This document shows positions 44,176 to 57,499 of a stretch of DNA of 64,000 nt, piece after piece (positions within the stretch are counted from its first letter, which is position 1; every line of letters begins with the position of its first letter). The DNA lies in the NCBI RefSeq assembly GCF_009914755.1, contig NC_060928.1. One strand, written 5' to 3'. The DNA is from the human T2T-CHM13v2.0 reference genome, Homo sapiens. Under the pieces are notes generated by a model. That model saw only the letters and a program-made list of their open reading frames with translations, had not been told where the DNA came from and searched no databases. Position numbers and translations under genes: made by a program.

Positions 44176-45639
44176 TAAAGAAACAGTTGTCATCCTGAAA
44201 GTAACCAGTCACAAGAAGTTAACTCTTCAACATTGTGAACTCTTATAATATTAAAAAAAAAATGTTAAAAATAAAAAAACAAAACAAAATCTTGCCCCAG
44301 TTTCTACCACTATAAAATGAGGAGGCTCATCCATCAAGCCTTTGAGTACCAAGCCCTGTACACGTTACTAAACCTCATAATCAACAAAGCGGCAATGGAC
44401 CTGTCCAGGTACTTTACAGGTTGATTTTTCTAAACAAAATTACAAGACTAGATTACTAAGATTATAAGTGCTATTATAAGGACAAAGATGATGATGTTGG
44501 CACTCAAGGGATAGGAGTGCTAACTCTCATTAGAGGAAGGAATCTTTTATGAGTTAATTGTTCTGAGTCCATAAAACTTCTTTAGCATTTATTAAAATTT
44601 CACTCTTTCCATTACTTCTAAGTTTAAATCAAGAATCAAATGCTGATTTGCATCCAGTATTCGAAACAATGGGAAGACTTTCCATGTATATATTTTTTGC
44701 CTGCATTTTACCTGCTATACATATTTATGTTTCTATTGTTCTACAAATGCATTTTTCTCAACTTCAAAATTGGTCTAATTAACATCTTCCTCCCATTTAC
44801 CTAAAAATGGGCTTATGGATTCTGCCAGAAGATTCCACAACCATACCAAATTGGTATTATTATAAGTAGCTGACAATTTTAGCTACATCCTAAACTCCAG
44901 CCAAATGTTCAACCCCAAATCCAAGGGCTCTAGATTCCTCCCTCTATTATCCCCTAAATCCAGAGTATCAATATATCCTATCAATTCTAATTGCCAAATA
45001 TCTCATTTATTCCACTTTCTACATCCCTGCTGTCGGGTCCTTATCCACTCTTTCCTAGATCACTGCTTCCATGATATTTACAAAATCCAAATCAGATCAC
45101 ATCACTCCTTTCTACAAAATTATTCAATGGCTCCCCATGATCCAATCCTACAGAATAAAAGCTTAACTGCCTTTAAACAACATAAAACGGATTTTATGGT
45201 TTTGTCCTTCACTGCCTTATCTACAGCCATTTTGTCATCTGTGTTTCTGAAATGCTGGGCTAACAGTTGTCATGCACACATACCACAATCCCTCCAATCC
45301 CTCCTGCTACCATACCTTTACCTAAGCTGATCCCCCTGCCTAGAATATCCACTTCCTGCTTCTCCTCCTGACAAATGCTTGCATGTCTTTTGAGCCTCAG
45401 TTTAAGCAGAATATTATATAATGCCTGAAAGAAGGTGTTGAGTCAATTTTTTTTATTATTGTGGTAAGAACAAACATGAGATCTACCTTCTTAATACATT
45501 CAGTGCAAAAGACAGTACTGTTAACTATAGGCACAATGTACAGCAGATCTCTAGAACTTACGCATCCCGCATGACTGATACTTTATACCTGCTGAGCATG
45601 TTTATAAACAAACGCTAAATAATAAAATGAATAATCAGA

Positions 45640-45870
45640 ACATTTATAGAGTGCTAAATTTATGCCAGTACTATTCTAAGCACTTCAAATATGTGAACTC
45701 ATTTAATTGCCTCAAACTCCTAGAGGCAGGCAACTATTATCCCGTTTTTAAAGATGAATAAAATGAGAACAAAGAGGTCTCATGCCCAAAGTCACAAACT
45801 CTAGCAGGCTGCAGATCTCAGATTAAAGGAGAAGCATCCTGACTCCAAAGTTCATGATTTCAGTCATGTT
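45640..45870 (-). mobile_element. MIR
   Basis: catttatagagtgcta...ctcatttaat...ctattatcccgtttttaaagatga...tgcccaaagtcaca. Confidence 0.7.
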
Positions 45871-47719
45871 AGTATTAAAATAAAAACATATCCTGTGAAA
45901 AATACTTTCACTTTATAGAGCAACTGTCACTTCAGTAGTGACTATAAAGTCTGGTTATTATACTTTTTACAAAAGACAAGCAAGGACAGAGAAAACCTTC
46001 AAGCTCTAATAGTTTCATAAAGCATTACTTGCTACTCAGCAATATCTCACCACATTAAAAACATTGAGTTCCAAACCTGTACAGAAAAAAAAAAAGTCAA
46101 AGAATTTAGAGGATAAACTCATGAACCATATTCCCTCTTTCAAAGATAAATCATTCATATATTAATTTATTCATTTAAATACTTATTATATATGCCAGAT
46201 ATTATCTTAGGAACACTAGCCTCAATTTTTACTTTTCAACCTGAAGAACCTGAGAATGACAACTTTAATATATTTTCTACAAAAATTCCACTTCCAGAAG
46301 TACTGTCAAGTTCCCAAAAAGAAAAAAAAATGCCTATACTTTAAGAAAAGCGCTTTTTTTGGTAATCAATGTATACAATTACCTATTTAGGTAATTATTT
46401 TTATATTACACGTACTGAATATAACATTGCATATATAAGTAGAGCATTTAGGATCCTGATGCCACCTTGTGGTTAAAATACAGTATTTTCTTATTCATTG
46501 TAACCCACCACAGGTTTTTTTTTTTTTTAAGGTATGAAATAGGTGGATTATTGCTTTCCTGATTATCTACCATAAACTTCTAATTATATACATCCACCTG
46601 TCTCAGACAAATTTTTAGTTGCTATATATGCTCGCATTTTCTTAATAACGAAGTTCAATTATGTTCCTCTTCTCTCCAGCATTGATTTCACTCACTATAC
46701 TTAGAAGGTACATTTTAACAAGTTAATTGTTTCATTATGCATCTGTTTGCATTTTTGTAGTTTTTTATAGTTTATGAGATGCACTTCAATAAACTCTCAC
46801 AATTTTGCAGGAATAGAAAGAGGGTTATTTTTAGCTTCCTCATCATGAGGATACTGAAGCTTAACTTATTTGCTGAAGTCATATATAATATACAGAGGCC
46901 TTTCCCCCAGTGTCCTGGATATTATTCTAGTGTTCTTTGCTCTGCTTACATCCTTTGCTCATTTCAAAGTTAATGAGATTGTGGGGTCAGGAAGAAAGGA
47001 GCAGTTCCCCAATACATGCCTGAAATAAAGTTTTGTCTGACGTTACCACTGGTATCTAATATGCAAAGTATGAAATATTTACCAGCACTGTATTTACTGA
47101 TGATATGCAAGGAGATTTTTATGAAGGTTAACATCAACTAATAATTCCTTTATAAAATACAAAGAATGAAAAACAAAAAATCCTTAACCTTGCATATACA
47201 AGTTCATGAATGGTGGCCCAGGGTATGTGACAGGACTTGGTCTCCGTTTCATTCTATCTTTGTTCCTTTATGCTTAAAATTCAGTAAAATTGTGGGCAGA
47301 ACTAACTGTAATCCCAGATCACACCAGGAACTTTCCTTTGGAAAACTGAATCTTAGTAGATTTTCATAGGCAATACAGAGATCAAATGGAGATTCTCTTA
47401 AGGAGTGCCTGGATGCTTCAACAAACAACAGCAGCAATAACATAACTCATCCTTCAAATATACAAATGTCAAGAAAATTTTCTGGCACAATGTTGGTATG
47501 GCAAAGACTGTTAGAAGGATTAGTCTCAATATTGCTGTAACTCTAATCTTTGGAGTGTGAGAGGGATTAGACAGCATTCCATTCCAGTTCCACACCTACA
47601 AACAAAACTGAAGCTCACAGGTCTAGGTGTCTGGAGATCCACAGCTATGGATGCTATGGATGACTAAAGGTGCTTTGGCTTTGTGCTTTGGCTTTCTATC
47701 AGGCAACAGCCTAGATGCA

Positions 47720-47822
47720 AGACAAAATACAACAGGTCTGTAAAATTGAAGTTAGACAAAATACAACAGGTCTGTAAAATTGAAGTTAGACAAAATACAA
47801 CAGGTCTGTAAAATGGAAGTTA
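47720..47822 (+). repeat. Minisatellite, 34-bp unit x3
   Basis: agacaaaatacaacaggtctgtaaaattgaagtt at 47720, 47754 and 47788 (1 mismatch in total). Confidence 0.97.
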
Positions 47823-47933
47823 AGTCTGTCTTTTTTTCTTAAATATATACTAGCTACCATATAAAAATTTTGGGACTGATTATCTTAAAATAAACTTCCA
47901 AGAAATGCAATTACAGTAATCCTAACAAATTAC

Positions 47934-48254
47934 CTGAAGATGTGCTTTTAATTGAAAGAATTCTGGGTTTAGGTTTCATTTTTATTTTGTCTTTTTCAAA
48001 TTCCTCATCCTTATTTTGAGATTCAGAGAAAGATTTTACAACAATGTCTTCACACCCATCAGGTGCCATTTCCTCTTCATTTTTGATGGCACACACTGGC
48101 TCATCTTTGGTTATGTTACCGTTTGATTTATTGGTTTTCAAAAACAATAGTTTTGAAGGATTCTTTTCTTCATCATCTGATATATGAAAGTCATTCATTT
48201 TTTTATTAACTGAATTTTCATCTGCTGAAGTGTCAGAAAAATCACCTAAAGAAA
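47934..48254 (-). CDS. MAP9: MAP9 exon 4 (VSLGDFSD...ILSIKSTSS)
   Basis: Within ORF 47911-48306; ccatttttcag| ... TCAG|GTAATT; 321 nt. Confidence 0.96.
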
Positions 48255-48856
48255 CTGAAAAATGGAAAAGAAAAATGTTTTCAACAGTATTTTTAAAAAT
48301 TGTCAAGGTTACGTTAACTTAATCAAAGTTTACCTTAAAAGCTACAAACAAAATTCTAACAATGAATAGGCACAAATGTATTTTATAAATAGACTTGCAG
48401 CTCTAAAAACACAGCTAACTCAGGCACGTCTCATTAACATTTATGAAATAAAAATTCCAATTTCATTAATTTATTCAAAATGTATTTATTGTGTTGTCTG
48501 TAGGGTACCAAACAACCAAACACTGTTTGCTCTGGAAAAAGCCATCCAAAGGTCCCTAACAATCAGTCATGTAGCATTTAAATTAGATTATGGACTGTAA
48601 AACTTTTATTTGCAAATTACTTCTTCATGTAAAATCAAGAACATTTGTAAATGGAAGAATTTAATTAGTAATTACTAATTATATTTTTTCCATAAAAATT
48701 TTGGAACTACAATTCCATCCACACCAGAATATTAGATTTACTAAGAATCATAAGAAATGCTAAGTTAACTATACAGCAGTGATTTAACTGTGGTTATTAC
48801 TGGTTTTACAGAAATCAATTACAATTATTCACCAAATTTTAAAGAATAAAACACCA

Positions 48857-49222
<366 letters not shown>

Positions 49223-49734
49223 CTAAGAGAAACCAAATTATAATAGTACTGATATATGAAACACGAAGAGTCTGTGGTTTTTAAATTTACCCCTTATCAC
49301 AGCCAAAAAAAATCTGATTTATAGCAAGCTTTATAAAAGCACTTCTAATGTGCACCGAAGTTTAGTTCTGTGGGACTAGTTACTAACTAGCTGTAGCACC
49401 TCCTAGGGTTGATCTTAAAGATGAACCTGTCTTCTTCAATGTGGTTTACCACTGGCAGCCATCCTTTTACTGCAAACCTGCCATCAATTAATTTATATTT
49501 TCGTATACACATTCAGAAAACAAAACAACAATAAAAAAAGAAAATCATACAACTTCCTGAAAATTAAGAGTGGCTTTCTACTAATTAAAAAGTTGAAAAT
49601 CTAAAATTAGTGAATGCTTAGGTATTATTTTAACATACGTGATTGAGGGGATGGGTGGTTGGGGGGCTGGCTAAATACAAAACTAAGGAAGCAAAAAGAA
49701 GAAAAGTGGTTCACGTTTCCATACTGTCACATAC

Positions 49735-49819
49735 CAATCTCATCACTGTCAAAGTCATCTGAGTATTCAGAACTCCTTTGTCTGGCTGAGCGAGCTGTAA
49801 TTGCTCTTATTAGCTCATC
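49735..49819 (-). CDS. MAP9: MAP9 exon 3 (DELIRAITARSARQRSSEYSDDFDSDEI)
   Basis: tctcatttcag|GAT ... ATTG|GTATGT; 85 nt, phase-consistent. Confidence 0.95.
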
Positions 49820-50573
49820 CTGAAATGAGATACTGAAATCAATTTCCATCCAAACATGGAGGTATCATATTCACAAGTAATTCTTTAAACAAACAATGCT
49901 TGATTAACGACTGCTTTCAAACTTAGGTTTCATTCATCTAACAAATATTTCCTGCAAGCTCACTTTATGCCATGTACCCACTTTACGCCTCATACTCAAT
50001 GCAGAGCATCACAGACAAGAGCCCTTCCTCATGGAGCTCGCAGTTTAACTAGAGGAGACACACATTATGGAACAAATTAATTGCAGGTTATAATTAGAGC
50101 TGGAGGGTAACAAATAAGAAGGGGCTCAATTTAGATTATAATTTATTAAAAACTGGTATTTTGAAAGAAATTGGTATTTTTAAGAGCTTTTGTCTCGGCA
50201 TATTTCAGAAATGGATGCAATCAATATTGCAAACTTAGAGGCTGAGTTCAAAATTGCAGTGACTCAACAGAAAAAAAAACTTAAACATTATGTTACAACA
50301 GAAAAAAAAGTTTTTATATAAAAATGGCAATTTAAGGTTGCGATTCAACTTTTAACTTAGTAGGAAACTAGTATTGAGGCTACTTTGGTAGTCTTAAAAC
50401 CATATAGGGGAGTTTGTAATACTGGATGGAGCCCAAACATGATCATGTGCAAAACCTCAAAAGTAATATAAGATTTACCCCTGCTTTATATAGGACTGTT
50501 CTAGAATCACCAATTTCAACCCATCTAATACAGTGTTTACACTGTGAAATGATTCCAAATAAAAATACTTTAC

Positions 50574-50648
50574 CTGGAAAGTAGTTCTTTTGGTAACTTT
50601 TGGACTCTTTGTATATGCCAAAGTGGTGCTAAAAACTTCATCAGACAT
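50574..50648 (-). CDS. MAP9: MAP9 exon 2 coding part (exon 50574-50712; ATG at 50648), MSDEVFSTTLAYTKSPKVTKRTTFQ
   Basis: Acceptor gtatatttcag before 50712, ACTATGT start context, donor CAG|GTAAAG. Confidence 0.95.
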
Positions 50649-51269
50649 AGTGTATTTTTTCTCGTTACCTTTATAAAATAGCTAATTATTAGAATTCAAC
50701 TTCTGATAGTAGCTGAAATATACAAAACAAATCAGACTTCGCATGCTTCAGAATTTATTTTATTACATTTGATTCTACTCTCCCCACAAAGGTCAAAGAA
50801 AAGCATCTGATATGAACATTGGGCTACATCTTCACTTAAAAAGGTTCTTGTAAAGAAATAGCAAATTCTCATAACAAGCTTGTTTAAAAAAATTCAAATG
50901 GAAGTTATCCTAAAATAGTTTTGCAACTACTTAAAAAGTCTGCAAATAAATGATTACAAGTTAATACGACAAAATGCTGCCAATTAAAATAGAACACCTT
51001 ATTTTTCACCTCTCTTCTAAAGTATAACATTGCCTTCAAAATAAGTCACGTCTTATTTAAAAGGCCATCAAAAGGATCGTCGGCGTAAAAATTATGAGCA
51101 CCACCACCAAAAAAAAAATGTATCTATATATTTGCATACAGCGCTATTCAAAGAAAAAGATCGTAATGCTAACCCGCAAACAGCCAGCGAGATGTATTGC
51201 AAGCCAATTTTTCCTCTCACAAAAGTGTTAAAGAGAGCCAGACAAAACGACGAAGCTTTCGCGATGAGC

Positions 51270-51850
51270 CGCATTAAAATCGCGGTTTCCCGTACTCGGA
51301 GCAGAGGCCTGGCAGGGCCGCCCATAGCGTTGTGCGCCCCGGGTTCCGTTCCCTACCAGGCCAGGTGACGTCCGGGTGCTCGCCGCTCCTCACCGCGCCG
51401 TATGCTGAGCACCAGCGAACGCCAGGCCCGTGCACGTCCAAGCGCGGTCTCTGTCCGGATCCCCCATGGCCCCCAGGTCCCGCTTTCTGTTCCCGGCCCC
51501 GGACGCCCGCGGCCAGTTCTCCGCGACCCTGAGAATCAAGAGCCAAGCATCGGGTAGGAGCTGCTCACCTTGGTCTGGGCCTGGCGGCGCCCGCAGAGCC
51601 GGTCCTGGACCGAGCGAGGAGGAGGGGCTAATAACAGAGGCGGAGGGCGGTTGCTAGGAAACAGCGTCTTCGGGAGGAAGTGACTTCCCCACCGCCGGGT
51701 CTCTCGGGTACCCAACACCGCTCTTCGGCCCAACGTGTCGCTGGGGCAACCACCCAGACGAAGGAAGTGACATCACCTTCCTGGGTCTTTGGAGAGGGGC
51801 TCATTATTGGTCGCTTGTGTGCATGTGCTGTTGCCTAGGAGACAGGACCC
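51270..51850. promoter_or_regulatory. CpG island / MAP9 promoter with X-box, ETS and CRE-like motifs
   Basis: Abrupt GC- and CpG-rich stretch in AT-rich DNA around exon 1. GTTGCTAGGAAAC 51650-51662, GTCGCTGGGGCAAC 51737-51750, GTTGCCTAGGAGAC 51830-51843, GGAAGTGACTTCC 51676-51688, GGAAGTGACATCA 51763-51775, TGACGTCC 51366-51373. Confidence 0.9.
51569..51763 (-). other. MAP9: MAP9 exon 1 (5'UTR, non-coding); 5' boundary approximate
   Basis: Strong donor CAAG|GTGAGC at 51569/51568 inside the CpG island; no ATG in the exon. Confidence 0.75.
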
Positions 51851-51994
51851 GCCCAACTCCCACCCAGATAGCCTTACTCTTGCCAATAGAGTAAGGGTCC
51901 TTATCTGCACGTGTTGCAAATAAAGCACATTCGTCGTTTTGCCACAGTTAGGACGTGAAGTTCTCTGAATCGAAGTACGGTGTCAGTGGATGGG

Positions 51995-52225
51995 ACAGAA
52001 TAGTACGGTAGTGAGTTTGCAGAACCCTGTTTCCGACTGCAGGTTTGAATCCTGGTACCCCTTTCCTACACACGTGATTGTCCCAAGTTAAGGTCTTTAT
52101 GACTCAGTTTCTTCTTCTGGGGGAAAACAAAAGTGTACTAATAATAGACACCTGAAAGGTTGCTGTAAAATTGAATGAAATAATACAAGTGGAACACTTG
52201 GAAGAGTGCCTGGAATTGTATTCGA
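51995..52225 (+). mobile_element. MIR
   Basis: gactgcaggtttgaatcctgg...ctcagtttcttc...ggttgctgtaaaattgaatgaaataa. Confidence 0.6.
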
Positions 52226-52750
52226 TATTAGATATGCTCTTCATGCAACTAAGCCGCAAAGGGCCTGGAGAGACCTCAGCTCTTGTGGACACAACTGAAA
52301 GCCCATTTGACATCTTACTTGAATGTAAAACTCCCCCTCTTTGTATACTTAGTGAGTAATCTTATTCCAATCAAACCAAACAAAATGATCCACTAGGCTA
52401 AAAGAGCATGTGCTACTAAAGTAAACAAAATCAACATCATTTAATTCGCATAGGAAATTCTTAAAGCAAATAAAAACCAAAAACGTTTATTGAAAGTCTT
52501 TAAAATAATATGAATTTTTACTATTTTTAATTTTTAAAAAGCTTAATCCTAGTTGAATTATCTGAATGAATTCATTGACTAGTAATTAAACTCATACCTG
52601 GTATTTTTTCCACATCTCTAAAATATGTTAATATTTCACTAATTCAATTTTGTATAAACAAATCACATTGAGATAGAAATTTAATAAATCAATGTATTGA
52701 AAAACTAAATGTGCATAACAAGAAATAAGAAATTTAGTAAAATACAATGC

Positions 52751-52867
52751 TGTATTAATCAGGGTTCTCTAGATGGACAGAACTAATAGTATATATATAT
52801 TATATTATATATATTATATAATATATTATATATATAATATATATTATATAATATATTATATATATAT
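52751..52867. repeat. MLT2-like LTR stub followed by a (TA)-rich simple repeat
   Basis: tgtattaatcagggttctctagatggacagaactaatag, then a tatattatataa array. Confidence 0.6.
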
Positions 52868-53833
52868 GTCCACTCATCTGTATCCATTTATGAAGCTGAA
52901 AATGTACACCACCTCTACACACACATACCCAGAATAGAAAATGCTCCCTATTTTCTATTAACTCATGGCACTACTGTTGAACCCTTCCAGGTTCACCTCA
53001 TGCTCCTGGAACCTCCTTTCCACTGTAAAACATTCTCTCACTTTTTCCTCTATAATCGCATTCTTATCTTAGCTAAGCAAAACTATTTTCTGAATAAACT
53101 ATCTCCCTGAGGGCTTTTCAAATAGGGACTGCTGTAGAAGGAAGATTTCTAAGTTCTCCTAGGTCCTCACATACTCAGTGACTGCTCTCCTATTACTCCA
53201 AACCCTTCCTCCTCACAAGCCAATATTCTATGTTCTATTTCTCAGTTTCTGTCATCAATAGATATATAGGCCCTTCTCCCACATTCACTGAATATCTACA
53301 GCCAACCTATCCAATACCTGAGATCACACCAAGGTATGGTGTGGCCATGTTCCATTCAATAGAATTCTTTGCTCAATACTCCAAGACTTTCACTTGTCCA
53401 TACCCCTAATTGTGGGGCTCCGTACTGGAAGTCTTAAACTGTAATACTCCACTCCAAAAGGCCCATGGCTTCCTTTTTTAGTTATTCTTCTCTTGTTATT
53501 TCTATTTAGGAACTCATCAAGACATCTAGACTCTTTTTTTTTTTTTTTACTTTTTCTTTCTTTCTTTTTTTTTTAATGCATGTATCTCATCTAAGATGTC
53601 CAGACTCTTGAGCTTTTCACATCTTCCCCCAATTTATCAGTTGCTCTCTTTGCTTCCTGCTTCCCTTTCCTAGCTAGCCCAAGTCCCACAATGTAGCTTA
53701 TGGAGTTCTTTCTTCAGCACTTTCAACTTTCTCACTTCATCATTCCTCTGGGACACAAAACTTGTCCATTGATCATCCAAATTCTTTGACCCAACGTATT
53801 TCAGAGTAATAGTGCATCAATCCCAGCTTACAA

Positions 53834-53953
53834 TTTTATTTTATTTTTAGAGACAGGATCTCACTTTTTTTGCCCACTACTGGGCTCAAGCGATCCTCCT
53901 GCCTCCATCTCCCCAAGTGCTGGGATTACAGCCATGAGCCACCATGCCCGGCC
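53834..53953 (-). mobile_element. FLAM / partial Alu
   Basis: Monomer-length Alu sequence. Confidence 0.8.
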
Positions 53954-54277
53954 CCAGCTCGCAACTTTCTGTGTGACCTCAGGTATGTTACTTAGACACT
54001 CCTAACCCCAGTTTGTGCATTCATAGGTTGGGATAATACCAACCCCTTCCAGTGCCATTTTAAAGATTTCATACAATACTTTGCACAAATACATATGATA
54101 AAATTATTTCCCCACTCAGGACAGTGCCCAGTAGAGCTGGTGAGTCAGTAACTGTGGTTCCCCCGCTTTCCCTCTCCTTACCAAGCTCACCTTCCACCTT
54201 CCCTCTAATTCCCGTCCCTATTCTCTTTCATGTGTTTACGTGCCTGTCTCTTCCACTAGAATCAGTTTCTTAACAGC

Positions 54278-54480
54278 AGCAGTTTCTCAAAATTGACAGT
54301 TTGAGCAGAATCATTCTTTGCTGTGGGGGCTGTCCTGTGCATAGTAGAATGGTCAGCAGCATCCCACTCTCCACCCCACTAGATGCCAGTAGCACCCTCC
54401 AAGCTGTGACAATCAAAAATATCTCTAGACATTGTCAAATATCCTCTGAAGGACAAAATCACCTCAATTGAAAACCACCG
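54278..54480. mobile_element. MER20 DNA transposon
   Basis: tgtgggggctgtcctgtgcat...agcagcatccc...ccactagatgccagtagcacc...gttgaaaacca-like end. Confidence 0.85.
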
Positions 54481-54964
54481 CACTAGAGTAATGGCTATCA
54501 AACTTTTTTGAACAAGACCTACAATAAGAAACATTTTGTACATGTATATACACACACAGTATGTGAAATAACTTCATCAAATCATTCTTTCCCTTACGGT
54601 GTCCCACTCTGATATGTTCTATTCTGTTTAAAAAACAATGACTAGACTGAGCCTCAACAAGAATAGTAATCTTATCTGTTTCATCTTTACACTCACAGTA
54701 CCTAGGCAAATTTTGTGGCACACAAGAGGAACACAAATACTTGTTAAATTGCAATGAATAATCATTTCTGGTAGTCAATAAAGAGTTTTAGTTAACAGAA
54801 GAAAAACAAAAATTCAATTTGTTTTCTGGTTGTGCCGTGTTCAAAATTGAACACCACCCTTGGCAGCTTCCAGGAGAAAAAGTTCTTCGCCTTTGCTCTA
54901 AAATATTCTGTAGCCTAATCAATGTGAGCAAAAGGCAAAAATCTACTAAGGTATAAAATGTTTT

Positions 54965-55210
54965 TATATACTACATATATAATGTAGTATATATGTATAC
55001 TGATTATACATATATGATGTATACATAGTATATATGTATACTGTACATATGTACATAGTATATATGTACACTGATTATATATATACTACATATGTAATGT
55101 AGTATATATGTATACATATATATGTATATATGATTATATATGTGTATATATATGTATATATAATCATATATATATACAACATATAATCATTTTATGATTA
55201 TATACTACAT
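54965..55210. repeat. AT-rich low-complexity / palindromic TA repeat
   Basis: tatatactacatat(a/g)taatgtagtatata occurs twice within TA runs. Confidence 0.85.
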
Positions 55211-55545
55211 AGATAATCATGTGTGCACTAGGCAGTGACCTAAAATGCCAATGACTATGGCCAAATTACTGACAGATACAAGCCTGTGACTTAAGCCAGC
55301 CACTCAGAAGAAATAAGCCTCCCTTTCCTTGGAGACATTTTCTAAAACTATAAAAATAAAAGGCAGAAATTAGTACATATTCATGTAACAACTACCCCCC
55401 TCCCTAAAATAACTTCTGTTGTATAAAACCCAAAGATTAAAAACTACAACATTGGATAGAAAAGCTGAGTCTTTCAATAAAAAGAGGAATGGGACAAATA
55501 AACTCAACATTTTTTTAAAAAAACACTCATCATTTTTCCTGAAAG

Positions 55546-55830
55546 TACAATAGTTCCTCCTTATCCAAGAGGGATCCATTTGGAGACCCCCCCAGTGCAT
55601 GTGCTGAAACCATGGATAATACCAAATCCCATATATACTATGTTTTGTCCTATGCATACATACCCATGGTAAAGTTGAATTTATAAACTAGGCTCAGTAA
55701 AAGATAAATAACAGAATAATTATAACATACTGTAATAAAAGTTATATGAATGTAGCTCTTTTTCTCTCAAAATATCTTATTGTACCGTACCATAGGTAAC
55801 TCACACTGTGGATAAAGGGGGACTACTGTA
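55546..55830. mobile_element. MER44-like (Tigger7) MITE
   Basis: TIRs taca(a)tagttcctccttatcca ... tggataagggggactactgta. Confidence 0.8.
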
Positions 55831-55949
55831 CAACAATCTCACCATTTGCCAATATTCCCGAACCGGTTTTAGCTTTTCTCCTCCTCCCTTGTTTGTTTCT
55901 TTTGGTTCAATGCTGCTGATTATTCTCTAAGAGGCTCTTCTAGCTCCAA

Positions 55950-57192
55950 TCACATTCTTATATCAACAGATAGGAGGTTCTTCAACTGACAGCTACACAT
56001 CCACCCCTGCTACTTTCTTCATTGCCTCCACAGTTTCTATAAGGAAAAGGCAAAATCTTCATACCTGCAGAATTAGCGCCACATAGATGCTGCCAAAGGG
56101 TTTTCTGCCTGTGCCCTCTGGAGAGGTGACATCACATCCCCCACTGCACCAGGGCCCATTGAGCAACACTTGGAGCAACCAAGGGGTGCCACACCAGAAT
56201 GTGGGGACCAGTGACTTCAGGGATTGCTGGGAAGCAAGCCCCAAGGTCCCCAGGGCACCCTAGGGCCTTCCTTGGAAACTGTACTGCCCTCAATGCTCTG
56301 GCAACATGGTCCTGTGATGAGAGTGCAGCCCAAGCAATTTACAAAACACCTTCCGGGTTGCTCTTTCATTGTCCTGGTGAAGAGTACAGTCCTGATCCAT
56401 GTCTCCTGATTCACAACCTTTGTGTTCTCTCCCACACTTTATTTGTTAAAATATGGACAGGCTGAGAAGAATAAAAATTTCCCAAATCTTTAAGTTCTGC
56501 TTCCCTTTTGATAACTTCTGTCTCTAAATCATTCCTCTTTTCTTTCATTTTCCCATACACATTCAAGAGAATCAAGCTGCTCCTTCAATACTTTGCTTAG
56601 ATATTTCTTCTAGCAAATTTCAGTCTCATTATTCATAAGTTCTGCCTTCCAGAAAACACTTGGGCATGAACACAATGCAGTCAAGTTCTTTGTCACTTTG
56701 TGACAAATGTCGCCTTTCCTCCAGTTTCCAATAACATGTTCTTCATTTCCATCTGAGACTTATCAGAATGACCTTTCTTTTCCATATTCTTTTTTTTCTT
56801 AAGAGACTGGGTCTCCCCTATGTTGGCCAGGTTGGTCTTGAACTCTTGGCCTCAAGCAATCCTCCTGCCTCAGCCTCCCAAAGTGCTAAGATTCCAGGCA
56901 TGAGCCACCACACCCAGCCCCCTCCATATTCTACAAACATTCTATCCAGCTCTCCTCATCTGAGCTCTCACCAGAATCACCCTTAATGAAGAGTCACAAG
57001 GAGAAGACAGCCACCCACACCTCAGGAGACAGGCCTGGAAAAAAGCCTTCCTGCACCGCCCTCAGAAGGGACCCGCTTGCTGACAACTTGATCTTAGACT
57101 CATGGCCTCCAGTAATGTGAGACAGTAAGATTCAGTTGTTGAAGGTGCCTAGTCTGTGGCCAGTCTGTAAGACAGCCCTAGCAAACTAACAC
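55950..57192. mobile_element. MaLR internal fragment plus MLT1 LTR piece, with a FLAM at 56789-56918
   Basis: gccttccagaaaacacttgggcatgaacacaatgcag... (MaLR-int-like); ttgatcttagactcatggcctccag...cagccctagcaaactaacaca. Confidence 0.6.
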
Positions 57193-57499
57193 AGCCTGTT
57201 AGCCCACGGATGGTGAAAAGATGGAGTGCGCAATGGAGCTCCAGGCTTACTGTCTGCAGTTCCCAAAGTGTGCTATGGGACCCTTTGGTGGATGTAGGTA
57301 TGAAAGATAATTTTGGGTGGTGCAGGGTGAATAATTTCAGTTTACATAATAATGTAAGTTCACAAGCTTCCTGGGGAACCTAGTGACATGAAGGCACTGC
57401 AGAGCCTCCCCAGAAGAGGTGTCAGCTTTTGGTGGATCCTTGAGCCCAGGAAGGCAATAGGCGAGACATCACCGTTCACCAGAAAACACGATCAAAATC

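Noticed and set aside
44905-45330. 141-aa ORF
   Set aside because: Overlaps degenerate L2-like sequence; no recognisable domain or splice support
47720-47822. CRISPR-like array
   Set aside because: Units are head-to-tail with no unique spacers, and the context is eukaryotic; a simple minisatellite
51092-51733. Several overlapping 65-90-aa ORFs in the CpG island
   Set aside because: Expected from stop-codon depletion in GC-rich DNA; non-ATG starts and no recognisable homology
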